From positions 32,001 to 96,000 of the forward strand of contig JBFMAF010000036.1 of assembly GCA_040755995.1 (NCBI GenBank): a stretch of DNA of 64,000 bases. Direction: 5' to 3'. Below are positions 28,454 through 38,200 of this stretch, in pieces. The notes beneath the pieces are model-generated. The model was given only the letters and a program-made list of their open reading frames with translations. It was not told the DNA's origin and made no database searches. The stretch is from Acidobacteriota bacterium (GTDB lineage: Bacteria > Acidobacteriota > CAIWXX01). The position numbers and the translations under genes are program-made. The number at the start of each line of letters is the position of its first letter. Position 1 is the stretch's first letter.

Positions 28454-28768
28454 TCAGCGGGTGAACTTCACGACGACAGACTTCTCACCCCGCTGCCCTC
28501 GGTCATAGTCAATCCGAGAAACGACGCCTTTCGATGTATATGCCGGTGCAACCGTGGGCTCGGGGCGCATGTCCCTGGGCAGCGGCAGCGTCAGCGTCAC
28601 AGTATCATGGTGCCGTACGCTGCCCTTCAAAGGCAGGCGCACGGCGAGTGCGCTGATATTCGTCGTCCGGCTCATCTCCTCGAACCTATTCCCAGTCGCA
28701 TCGATGCCGATCACTTTGACTGGGAATCCAACATTTACTCGCTTCGCTCTTCGCCGTTCGGCGGCCAT
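28454..28768 (-). CDS. Single-domain PilZ protein
   Basis: ERRRAKR (RxxxR) and TNISALA (N-x-S-x-x-G variant); RBS GAGGAGG. Confidence 0.8.
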   Translation of the reverse strand: MAAERRRAKRVNVGFPVKVIGIDATGNRFEEMSRTTNISALAVRLPLKGSVRHHDTVTLTLPLPRDMRPEPTVAPAYTSKGVVSRIDYDRGQRGEKSVVVKFTR

Positions 28769-28833
28769 TGCTTCCTCCTCGGGTCCCTGAGTGTGCCTGA
28801 TCTCCCGTAGGCTACCCACAGACGTCAAATAAT

Positions 28834-28877
28834 TCCTACACGAAGAGTAGGATATCGCGGCGGGAGATGGATGTCAA
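28834..28877 (-). promoter_or_regulatory. Sigma70 promoter of the PilZ gene with overlapping inverted repeat
   Basis: Minus strand TTGACA (28877-28872), 17 bp, TATCCT (28854-28849); inverted repeat TCCTAC-N7-GTAGGA at 28834-28852. Confidence 0.6.
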
Positions 28878-28923
28878 CCCCCGGCGTCACACACGTCTTC
28901 GGTGCCGATGCGCTGGTCGGTGG

Positions 28924-29994
28924 CTAGTCCCCGATCACCCGGTCCGCTTGTTTCAACAGATCGTCCGGAACGCTGATCCCGAGACTGTTGGCAGCCCTCC
29001 GATTGATGATCAACCTCGACTTGCTCACCTGCGCAAACGGAATGCCGGCGGGTGATTCTCCATTGAGTATCCGGACCGCCACTGCGGCAGCATCACGCCC
29101 GGCCTGCACGTAGTCTCGCGACAGCGTGACTACCGGTCCTTCCGCGGCATGCTTCTCGTCGAACCAGAACAGAGGCAGCCGGCTCTTCTGGGCGGCCTGA
29201 GCGATCGTCGGGAAGGCGGCGTCGGTCAGGTTGGACAGGACCTGGCAGATCGCGCCGACGTTGCGCCCCGCGAGCGAGAGTGCGGCATCGGCTACATCAG
29301 CGGTCGAATTGACGGGTGTCGCGACGACACTGATTCCCGCCTGCTGAGCGTACTCTGTGAGCTTCTCCTTGTTTACCACCGAGTTGATCTCTCCGGGCGC
29401 ATAGAGCGTCCCCACGGTCTTAACGGAGGGCAGGAGTCGCGCCACGATCCGAGCCATCCCTTCGTAGTCGCCCAGTGTGGCGATCCCAGTGACGTTAGGC
29501 AGATGATCGGTGAAGGATTTCCCGGCTCCAGCCGCGATTGGATCTGCGATCACGGTGAAGACGATCGGCGTCTGCTTCACTTTGTTCAGCGCCGCCTGCA
29601 GGGTCGGCGAGGACAGCACCATGAGGAGGTCATAGTCCTTGCCGACAGCGTTGTCGATGATGGAGTTCACGGTGACGACGTCGCCGTTCGCGCTGAAGGA
29701 TTCCACACGGTAGTCGGTCCCGTCCTTGAGCCCCGAGGCCGCCAGCCCTTCGGTGAAGCCTCTCGCCGCATCCTCGCTCATCGGCGAGTCGATATACTGG
29801 ACGAACCCGATGCGCCCGCGGACCGCCTCGCCGCCGTTCTCTTTCCTGCATCCCGGAACCGCCAGGCACGCGAACAGCGCCGCGATCGCCAGCAGCCTGC
29901 CGGCAGCTGCGACCCGCGCGGGGTTGTCTCCTGGCGGCGAAGCTGCAGCCCGCGGTCCGCACAGACGCGTACGGGACGAATTCAGATGGCACAT
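28924..29994 (-). CDS. ABC transporter substrate-binding lipoprotein (ABC_sub_bind family), orphan
   Basis: Lipobox VPGC; TPIVFTVIADPIAAG...NVTG; GTLYAPGEINS; ILNGESPAGIP; LIINRRAANSLGISVP. Confidence 0.88.
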   Translation of the reverse strand: MCHLNSSRTRLCGPRAAASPPGDNPARVAAAGRLLAIAALFACLAVPGCRKENGGEAVRGRIGFVQYIDSPMSEDAARGFTEGLAASGLKDGTDYRVESFSANGDVVTVNSIIDNAVGKDYDLLMVLSSPTLQAALNKVKQTPIVFTVIADPIAAGAGKSFTDHLPNVTGIATLGDYEGMARIVARLLPSVKTVGTLYAPGEINSVVNKEKLTEYAQQAGISVVATPVNSTADVADAALSLAGRNVGAICQVLSNLTDAAFPTIAQAAQKSRLPLFWFDEKHAAEGPVVTLSRDYVQAGRDAAAVAVRILNGESPAGIPFAQVSKSRLIINRRAANSLGISVPDDLLKQADRVIGD

Positions 29995-30064
29995 GGCAAT
30001 AGCCTCCCTTGAGTAGTCGGTCGAATCAGCGGTTCAACGGGATCAGCCGGTCCACGAGCCAACT

Positions 30065-30412
30065 CTACACCAGCAGCCCCGAGTGGTCGAGAACACGGTC
30101 AGCCCACTTCTTCGCCTGAAAAGAAAGGAGCGTGCGCTGCAGGGGATGGGGCTGGGTCTCGGTCCAGATGCGGCGCCACAACGCCAGCTCAACCTGGATA
30201 TCTACGAGCTCGGCTGCGAGATCGGGATCGGCATCCGCCGCGCTCCACTCGATATAGTACCGGCACTCATCCATCATCTGCAGGGCACTCTCGGCGCCCG
30301 TCTCGCGTCGGGCGCAGGATGCGATTCGCGCGAGCGATGCGGAGAGCCCTCCCAGCCGCCGCGGGAGCGGATCTCTCATGAAGCGTTCACGCATGCGATC
30401 GAGATCCCTCAT
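30065..30412 (-). CDS. Hypothetical helical protein coupled to the DUF5674 gene
   Basis: ATGA overlap with the upstream gene; RERFMRDPLPRRLGGLSASLARI...IEW...SGLL. Confidence 0.75.
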   Translation of the reverse strand: MRDLDRMRERFMRDPLPRRLGGLSASLARIASCARRETGAESALQMMDECRYYIEWSAADADPDLAAELVDIQVELALWRRIWTETQPHPLQRTLLSFQAKKWADRVLDHSGLLV

Positions 30413-30750
30413 TGCGCCCCTCCCAGCAGCCGTCTCGCTGTCTGGTCGATCACATCGCGTGTCTGTTGGCTCTGGACCACCGGGCTGCGATTCCCGAGCC
30501 GAGGGCGGATATTGATCAGCGACTCATACTCGACACGCCCATCCGCAGGGTACCAGTTCGCACCCCACAGGTCGTCCTGCTCACTGCCGTCCCCCAGGAG
30601 AATGGATTCGCAATCCGCGTGCATCTCGCCGCCGCCCGCGAGTACGCCTCGACGGATATCGACCACGATCTTGATCATCTGCCGGTGTTCCCCGAGCATC
30701 TCACCGAGCTGGGACGGCGTGGCGCGCTCGTGGAGCAGGTGGATCGGCAT
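30409..30750 (-). CDS. DUF5674-family protein
   Basis: IKIVVDIRRGVLAGGGEMHADCESILLGDGSEQDDLWGANWYP...ESLINIRPR. Confidence 0.8.
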   Translation of the reverse strand: MPIHLLHERATPSQLGEMLGEHRQMIKIVVDIRRGVLAGGGEMHADCESILLGDGSEQDDLWGANWYPADGRVEYESLINIRPRLGNRSPVVQSQQTRDVIDQTARRLLGGAQ

Positions 30751-30973
30751 ACTCTGTCTCCAGCCCAGAATAGACCAAGTCGCGATGCATCACAACTGGC
30801 GCCGCGGTTCCGCGAGGACCCCAATCCGCCGGCATTTTCCTTGCGTCTCTCGACATGGACGCGGGCGGCGCGCCTGCCCGTCGAACTATGCGCGCAGGCG
30901 CGTTCTATAATCAAAGCATACATGGGCGTATGAGATCGGCCAGATGGTGCACGATGTGAGGCGGAGGTAGACG

Positions 30974-31246
30974 ATGCCAACTGAGATGTTGACCTTGGCG
31001 ATCCCACCCTCGCTGGCTAAGGAGCTCGACACGGCTAGCCAGGAACTCCTGGTCGAGTTGTTGGAACGGGGGCTGCGAGAAATGAAGATTGATCGTGCCC
31101 TCAATCAATATGCTCGCGGCGGCATGTCATTCGGTGCCGCGGCACACCAGGCGGGTGTCTCGCAGTCGGAACTCGCGCGGCACGCGTACGCGCGGGGAAT
31201 GGAACCTCCCACCAGCATCGAGACTCTGCGAGAAGAGTTGCGTTGA
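30974..31246 (+). CDS. UPF0175-family antitoxin
   Basis: ALNQYARGGMSFGAAAHQAGVSQSEL HTH; RBS GGAGG. Confidence 0.8.
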   Translation: MPTEMLTLAIPPSLAKELDTASQELLVELLERGLREMKIDRALNQYARGGMSFGAAAHQAGVSQSELARHAYARGMEPPTSIETLREELR

Positions 31247-31767
31247 GCGATCCGCCGGTCGCAATCTGCAATTCGGGTCCATTGATTGCTCTCGGGAAGT
31301 TGAACCGCTTGGACCTTCTGGAACCCGTGTTCGGCGAAGTCGAGATCACGCAAGAGGTCTACAGGGAAGTCGTCGAGGAGGGGCAAGCGCTCGGCGCGCC
31401 CGATGCGCTGAGCGTTCGCATGTTTTGGGAGAGCCGAGGGTGGCCCATCATCCAAGTGCCAGAGTCAGTGCTGTCCAAGTACACTCAGCATCCGATCCTC
31501 GGCCCAGGTGAGCGCGAGGTGATTGCTCTCGCGCTCGCCATAAAGAGCCCGTTGGTACTCCTTGATGACGAGGTGGCTCGTTCAGAGGCGCGTCGTTTGA
31601 GATTGGATCTCTGCGGCACGCTTGGAGTTCCGGTGCGCGCATTCCGCGGCCGCTTGCTGTCGTTCGAACAGGTTGCCTTCCTTCTCCAAGAGATAGCTGC
31701 CCGGCCGGACATCTGGATATCAGCGCGGCTCTGCGAGGACGTCCTGAACGAGCTTCGGCGTCCGTAG
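31243..31767 (+). CDS. DUF3368-family PIN-domain toxin
   Basis: ICNSGPLIALGK, LGPGEREVIALA, VLLDDEVARSEA, GTLGV; TTGA overlap with the antitoxin. Confidence 0.85.
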   Translation: MSDPPVAICNSGPLIALGKLNRLDLLEPVFGEVEITQEVYREVVEEGQALGAPDALSVRMFWESRGWPIIQVPESVLSKYTQHPILGPGEREVIALALAIKSPLVLLDDEVARSEARRLRLDLCGTLGVPVRAFRGRLLSFEQVAFLLQEIAARPDIWISARLCEDVLNELRRP

Positions 31768-32027
31768 ACGCGGGCCTCAGCCTGCGCATCGTGACTGTGA
31801 CGCGTTCAGCCGGCATGTCTCCTCCAGTATGATCATGCTCTACAGCATACTCGCTGCGCATGGCAACAGGTGTGGGCCAGGTAGAGACTAGCGCCCAGAC
31901 TGGTCCGAATCTCGAACGCACAGGCGACCCGGCAGGAGCACCTACCTACGGACCCTCTCGCTGAATCCGAACGAGGCCGCGTTTCTGATAAGATTGGACC
32001 CTGTTCTAATAACGGAGGGACTTATCC

Positions 32028-33359
32028 ATGGACGTTCTGACGCTGTCGCGGATGCAGTTTGCAGTCGCGACGTATTTTCACTTTCTGTTCGTCCCGCTGA
32101 CGCTGGGGCTCTCTGTGCTCACTGCGATCATGGAGACGCGCTACGTGCGCACTGGAGATCCGGAGTACAAGCGCATGACGAAGTTCTGGGGCAAGCTGTT
32201 CCTGATCAACTTCGCCGTGGGCGTCGTAACCGGGATCACGCTCGAGTTCCAGTTCGGCACTAACTGGTCGCGCTACTCCTCGTACGTCGGCGACATCTTC
32301 GGGTCGCTGCTCGCGATCGAAGCCACGGTCGCCTTCTTCCTCGAATCAACCTTCATCGCAGTGTGGTTTTTCGGATGGGAAAAGCTCTCACCCAGGGCGC
32401 ACGCCACGACCATGTGGCTGGTCGCGATCGCCAGCAACATCTCGGCGGTCTGGATCCTGATCGCCAACGCATGGATGCAGCACCCGACCGGCTACGTCAT
32501 CCGCAACGGCCGGGCGGAGCTCGCGGATTTCATCGCCGTCGTCACGCAAAAGTTCGCAGTCCTGACCTTCATTCACACGGTGGGAGCCGCCTTCACGCTG
32601 GCCGGCTTCTTCGTCGCCGGCATCAGCGCCTGGCACCTGCTGCGCAAGCAGCATGTCGAGTTCTTCACGAGGTCATTCCGCCTCGCTGTGGGGTTCGGCC
32701 TGATCTGCTCGCTGTTCGAAGTAGCCCAGGGGCACATGAGCGCCGAAATGCTCGGCACCGCCCAGCCGACTAAACTGGCCGCGATGGAATCGCACTGGCA
32801 GACCCGAACGCATGCTCCGCTGTACCTGCTCCTCTGGCCCGATGCCGACAACGAGAGAAATGCCGTGCAGCTGCTGCCGGTGCCGAGCGCCCTGAGCATC
32901 CTGGCGCACTACAATCCTGGAGGCGAGGTCAAGGGACTCAAGGATTACCCGCGCGAAGACCGGCCCCCCGTCTTGCCTTCATTCCTCTCATTCCGGATCA
33001 TGGTCGGATTCTGCATGCTCTTCCTCGCGCTCACCGCCTTCGGGTGGTGGAAGCGCAACCGGCTCACGGCCTATCCCTGGTACCTCCGCATGATGGTCTG
33101 GGCCATCCCGCTGCCCTACGTGGCGTGCGAAGCAGGATGGACGTTGACCGAAGTCGGGCGACAGCCGTGGATCGTGTACGGCCTCATGAGGACGCGCGAT
33201 GCAGTTTCGCCTATTGCCGCCTCGCAGGTGCTGCCGACTCTCGTTGGCTTCATTCTTCTGTACAGTCTGCTAGGGTTCGCGGGGTTCTACCTGGTGTTCA
33301 GATTCGCACGCAAGGGACCCGAGCCAATTGAGCGGGCATCGAGCGCGCCGGCGAGGTAG
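32028..33359 (+). CDS. cydA: Cytochrome bd ubiquinol oxidase subunit I
   Basis: SRMQFA..YFHFLFVPLTLG, FQFGTNW, QPTKLAAME, FRIMVG, EVGRQPW. Confidence 0.97.
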   Translation: MDVLTLSRMQFAVATYFHFLFVPLTLGLSVLTAIMETRYVRTGDPEYKRMTKFWGKLFLINFAVGVVTGITLEFQFGTNWSRYSSYVGDIFGSLLAIEATVAFFLESTFIAVWFFGWEKLSPRAHATTMWLVAIASNISAVWILIANAWMQHPTGYVIRNGRAELADFIAVVTQKFAVLTFIHTVGAAFTLAGFFVAGISAWHLLRKQHVEFFTRSFRLAVGFGLICSLFEVAQGHMSAEMLGTAQPTKLAAMESHWQTRTHAPLYLLLWPDADNERNAVQLLPVPSALSILAHYNPGGEVKGLKDYPREDRPPVLPSFLSFRIMVGFCMLFLALTAFGWWKRNRLTAYPWYLRMMVWAIPLPYVACEAGWTLTEVGRQPWIVYGLMRTRDAVSPIAASQVLPTLVGFILLYSLLGFAGFYLVFRFARKGPEPIERASSAPAR

Positions 33360-33371
33360 GAGTTGGAGAAC

Positions 33372-34397
33372 ATGTTGGAAACAACCTGGTTTGTGATATG
33401 GGGCATTGCGTGGGCCGTCTACTTCTGCTTGGACGGCTTCGACCTGGGACTCGGCACGCTCATGCCGTTTCTGGCCAAGAACGACGACGAGCGCCGGATC
33501 ATCTACAACGCAATGGGGCCTTTCTGGGACGGCAACGAGGTGTGGCTGATCACGGCCGGAGGAGTCACGTTCGCCGCTTTCCCAAAGACCTACGCTGTGA
33601 TGTTCAGCGGGCTCTATACCCCGCTGATGCTGCTGTTGTTTGCGCTGATACTGCGAGGCGTTTCGTTCGAGTTCAGGAGCAAGCACCCCGGGACGGCGTG
33701 GCGCGCGACGTGGGATGCCTGTCTGGTGATCGGCAGCTTCGTGCCGGCACTACTTCTGGGCGTGGCATTCGCCAACATCTTCCGCGGCATCCCGATCGAT
33801 GCCGAAGGCATCAACCATGGCACGCTGCTGACTCTGCTCAATCCGTACGGACTCCTGGGCGGTGTCCTGTTCGTCCTCCTGTTCAGCCAGCACGGAGCGC
33901 TCTGGCTTGCCATCAAGTCAGAAGGCGCATTACACGCGCGGGCCGCTTCCACGGCGAGAATGCTCTGGCCGGTGCTGCTCGTGGTGGCCGCGGGATTCCT
34001 GGCAGCCTCATGGTTCGCCACGAACCTGTACCACAATCTGCTGTCACATCCGGTGCTCTTTCTCCTGCCAGCCCTTGCGGTAACAGGCCTCGTGCTGGCG
34101 CGTATCTACGTGTCGACCGCGCGTTGGTGGCACGCCTGGTTCGCCTCGTTTGCGGCGATCCTGGGCGCAACCATGTTCGGGGTGGCCGGGCTGTTCCCGA
34201 ACCTGCTGCCGTCCAGCCTGGATCCCACCTTCAGCCTGACCGCGTTCAATTCATCATCGAGCCCGCTGACGCTCAAGATCATGCTCGGTGTGGCGCTCAC
34301 CACCCTGCCGATAGTGATCGCATATCAGGTCTGGGCGTATGCGAAGTTCAGAGACAAGGTGACGGCAAGCTCTATCGCCGGAGAGCACGCGTACTGA
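33372..34397 (+). CDS. cydB: Cytochrome bd ubiquinol oxidase subunit II
   Basis: LDGFDLGLG, GPFWDGNEVWLITAGG, LRGVSFEFR. Confidence 0.97.
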   Translation: MLETTWFVIWGIAWAVYFCLDGFDLGLGTLMPFLAKNDDERRIIYNAMGPFWDGNEVWLITAGGVTFAAFPKTYAVMFSGLYTPLMLLLFALILRGVSFEFRSKHPGTAWRATWDACLVIGSFVPALLLGVAFANIFRGIPIDAEGINHGTLLTLLNPYGLLGGVLFVLLFSQHGALWLAIKSEGALHARAASTARMLWPVLLVVAAGFLAASWFATNLYHNLLSHPVLFLLPALAVTGLVLARIYVSTARWWHAWFASFAAILGATMFGVAGLFPNLLPSSLDPTFSLTAFNSSSSPLTLKIMLGVALTTLPIVIAYQVWAYAKFRDKVTASSIAGEHAY

Positions 34398-34465
34398 ACA
34401 GTTGTCAGTGGGCGGTCAACCGTTGAAGGCGGTTTGACACCCAACTGTCAACTACTCAACTACTC
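34398..34465. repeat. Heptamer-repeat inverted element
   Basis: acagttgtcagtgggcggt ... caactgtcaactactcaactact. Confidence 0.5.
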
Positions 34466-34494
34466 TTGAGCACTCGCGCGTGGTCTGATATTCT
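34466..34494 (+). promoter_or_regulatory. Sigma70 promoter, probably leaderless, of the DUF3782-like gene
   Basis: TTGAGC, 17 bp, (TG-N-)TATTCT, then 6 nt to the ATG with no Shine-Dalgarno. Confidence 0.55.
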
Positions 34495-34500
34495 CGTGCT

Positions 34501-35193
34501 ATGGCACCGCCTGTGTTGATGGAGCAGCTCAGGGAAGCCCTCCCGAAGCTTCTGAAGGAGCACCCCGAGGTACGTCATGAGCTCTGGGGAATCATGCTCG
34601 AAGCCTTCCCGTCCCGGCAGGAGTTCATGGCGATGCTCGAAGAGATCCGCACCATGCGCGAAGAGAGCAACCGTCGATTCGAAGCCATGCGCGAAGAGAG
34701 CAACCGTCGATTCGAAGCCGTGATCCAGGAGCTGCAGCGTCATGGGAAGGAGCTGGAGCGTCATGGGAAGGAGCTGGAGCGTCACGGGAGGGCGCTGCGC
34801 GACCTCGACCTGCACATGTCATCCATTTCCCGGCGTGTCGGAAAGGGGCTGGAGCGAGTCGTGCAGGAGGTCGTGGAGGAATTCGCGGGCGACGCCTTCC
34901 CGTTCGCAGAACGGGTGGTGCTGCGTGATGAGGCAGGTGAGCTGTTCGGGGTACCGGGAGCCGAGGTGGAATTCGATCTGTACGCTCACAACGGATCCGC
35001 TTACATGGTCGAAGTCAAGTCGCATGTCGATGCGGGGGACGTCCTGAGTTTCTTCCAGAAGGTGAAATTCGCCGAGCGGCGTCTGGGTCGCACGCTGACT
35101 CCGCTGATCATCGCGCTCAGCATGGAGCCCAAGGCGAGTCAGCTGATACGCGAGTTGGGAATCCGACACAGGATCCGAGCAACACTCGAGTAG
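34501..35193 (+). CDS. Coiled-coil/PD-(D/E)XK-fold protein (DUF3782/DUF1626-like)
   Basis: Repeated coiled coil MREESNRRFEA x2 and (Q/E)RHGKEL x2-3; C-terminal VEFDLY...MVEVKS. Confidence 0.8.
   Translation: MAPPVLMEQLREALPKLLKEHPEVRHELWGIMLEAFPSRQEFMAMLEEIRTMREESNRRFEAMREESNRRFEAVIQELQRHGKELERHGKELERHGRALRDLDLHMSSISRRVGKGLERVVQEVVEEFAGDAFPFAERVVLRDEAGELFGVPGAEVEFDLYAHNGSAYMVEVKSHVDAGDVLSFFQKVKFAERRLGRTLTPLIIALSMEPKASQLIRELGIRHRIRATLE
34652..34790 (+). repeat. Intragenic tandem repeats: 33 bp x2 (exact) and 21 bp x about 3
   Basis: ccatgcgcgaagagagcaaccgtcgattcgaag twice; ggagctggagcgtcatgggaa units. Confidence 0.9.
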
Positions 35194-35214
35194 GGGCGGG
35201 CGGCGCCCGCCCTT
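35194..35214. terminator. GC hairpin between convergent genes (possible terminator)
   Basis: gggcgggc-ggc-gcccgccc followed by tt. Confidence 0.45.
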
Positions 35215-35242
35215 GTCGATCAACCCACGACGCTTGTTACAC

Positions 35243-38200
35243 CTACTCCTTCACCTTGAGCCATTGGGCCTCCAGTCTCTTCAGGGAGACCGGGAGCGCA
35301 GTTCGGAGTTCCTGCGCGAATAGCGAGATCCGCATCTCTTCGAGCAGCCAGCGGTACCGGTCGAGCTCCGGATCGCTGAGTGCGCGCTGTCGGTGCGTGT
35401 CCCACCGCTCCATGTAGCTCCGCCACAGCGGTGCAATCACGGCGGCCCGCTCGCTGTCGGCTGCGACGCCGGCATTCGAGAGCTTGCTGAGCCTGATCAG
35501 CACCCCTTGCAGGTATCTGGGGAAGTGAGCGAGCCACTCGCGCTGGGTCTCGCTGATGAACCCCCCATGGACCAGATTCGAGAGCTGCTCCTTGATGTCC
35601 TCGATCGCCGGCGCCCAGGTCCCCGGGTGCGGCTCCGCGACTCGGACTGCCACGGCGGCGTATGCGTCGAGGACGCGGGCCACCAAGGCGGCCAGATTGC
35701 GGCCCGCGTCCAACAGCCGCCCCCTTGCGGCCTCGGCGTTGCGCTCGAAGTCGCCCTGCGCCCTCACGTCGAGGTCGGCCGGAATAGCATCTTGCACAAT
35801 TGCGTCTGCGAGATCGGTCTTCAGTTCCGCCGCCGTGCCGGCAGGTTTGTAGTTCTCGCACATCTGCTTGAGGTCCGGGAGAGAGGCGAGGACGTGACGG
35901 AGCTGGTCGCTGAGGTGCAGGGCGTACAACCGCCGCACGCCGCCGCAATTCGCGATGCGGGCAGTCTCGGGTGTGTCGAACAGCCGGAGCGAAACCGACG
36001 TGCCGCAGTCAACAAGCGCCGGCCAGCCGCGGATCCGCATCCCGTGTCGGTCGACCTCGACACTCTCGGCCATGTCTCCGAAGTCCCACCGAGCGATCCC
36101 GTCGCGGTTATAGGGTGACTCGCTGAGGATCTCCATCGGGGTCAGGCGCCGCACGCCGAGCCTGCGGCGGATCTCGGCCAGATCCCTCCCTGCGGCCACT
36201 TCCCTGCCGCCTTCGTCCACCACGCGGAACTGCATGCGGAGATGCGGCGTAAGCGATTCCAGATCGAAGTCGGCTGGCTCGACCTTGTCGAAGCCCTGCC
36301 GAGTGAGGTAGTCGGCGAGAGCCTCCGGGAGCGACAGAGGGCTGGATCGGATCGCGTCGTAGGCGCCGCGCGCATAGTCAGCCGCCGGGATGAACCTGGT
36401 TCGGAGGTGCTTAGGAAGTGTCCTGATGAGCGCCGTGATCTTCTCCAGAAGCAGACCGGGCACGAGCCAGTCGAACCGCTCGCCCGGGACCTCCTCAATG
36501 GCATGCAGCGGTATTGTAACCGTGACGCCGTCACCGGGTCGCCCGGGCTCGTGCCGGTATTCCAGCGGCAGCTCCAGGCCTTGCGCATTCATGAAATCCG
36601 GGAACTGCTCCTGCGTGATACCCCTTGCATCGTGCAACATCAAGTCGCTGCGGCTCATGAAGAGAAGCCTCGGCTTCTGCCGTTCCGCCTGTTTCCGCCA
36701 TGCCTCGAAAGCGCGCGACTCGTAGATCGACGCGGGGATCCGCGCGTCGTAGAAGTCGAAGCGCGACCGCTCGTCGACGAGCACATCGCGCCGGCGGCTC
36801 TTCGCCTCGAGCAGCTCGATCTCATCCACGAGCCTGCGATTGTGCCAGAGAAACGGGGCATCCGAGTCGTACTCTTCGCCGGCGAGTGCTCGCTGGATGA
36901 ATATCTCTCGCGCCGTCATCGGGTCGACGGGGCCGTAGTGCACCGGCCGCTTCTCAACCACCGGCAGGTCGAATACCGTGACCCGCTCATCCGCCACCAC
37001 GCGGCCGCTCCGCTGGTCCCAGCGCGGATCGGAGTACGTGCGCACGGCCACATGGGCGCCGATCTGCTCCACCCACTCCGGCAGTATCCGCGCAACTGTG
37101 CGGGCGTAGAGCTTGGTGGTCTCGACCAGCTCCGCCGACATGACCCACGGGGGCTTGATTGAAAAGAGCCCCGAGGACGGGTGCAGGTAGAACTTCACGC
37201 CACGAGCGCCGAGGTACTCCACGGTCTCCGACTTCGTCCCGCAGGAGCTCAGCAGCCCTGAGAGCAGGGATCGATGGATCGAAGCGTATCGCTTCGCATC
37301 CGAGGTCTTGGGCTTCTCACCGGCTTCGGTCTTCGCGCCCGGGCGGCTATCTGGCGGCTTCGACGCTCTCAGCCCAGCCTCTGAGACGAGAGATCGGAGC
37401 TGCTGGTGGATGTCCTGCCATTCGCGCATCCGGATGAACGAGAGATAGTTCGTGCGGCAGAGCCTGCGGAGCTTGCTGGCGGAGAGTTGCCCGGCCTGCT
37501 CTGAGTAGAACTCCCAGAGCTTGAGATAGGCCAGGAAGTCGGAGTCCGCCACGCGGAACTGTGCGTGTGCCTCATCCGCCGCCTCGGTCACATCCATCGG
37601 ACGCTCCCGCGGATCCTGGACCGACAACGCCGCGGCGATGACAAGCACCTCGTCCAGGCAGCCCTCCTCGCGCGCCTCCAGGATCATTCTCCCGATCCGC
37701 GGATCGACGGGCAGGCGAGCCAGCTCGCGACCGATCTCGGTGAGCTCATCGTGAACGTCGATCGCCTGCAGTTCCCGCAGCGTATCGTAGCCGTCCCTGA
37801 CCATGCGCGGGTCCGGGCGTTCGAGGAACGGGAACTCGTGCACGTCGCCAAGGCGCAGCGCCTTCATGCGGAGAATGGCGCCGGCGAGGTTCGTGCGCAG
37901 TATCTCGGGCGGGGTGTAGAGTGCCCTGGCCGCGGCATCCTCCTCCGAATACAGACGAACGCAGATCCCTGCGCTGATGCGGCCGCAGCGTCCCTTGCGC
38001 TGGTTGGCGGAGGCCTGCGAGATCTTCTCGATCGGGAGCCGTTGGACACGCGTCCGATGACTGTACCTGCTGATCCGCGCGAAGCCCGGGTCAATGACGT
38101 ACCGGATGCCCGGCACCGTGAGGGAGGTCTCTGCGACGTTGGTCGCAAGAACGATCCTCCGGCCCGGGTGAGGCTGGAAGACGCGCGCCTGCTCCTGGAA

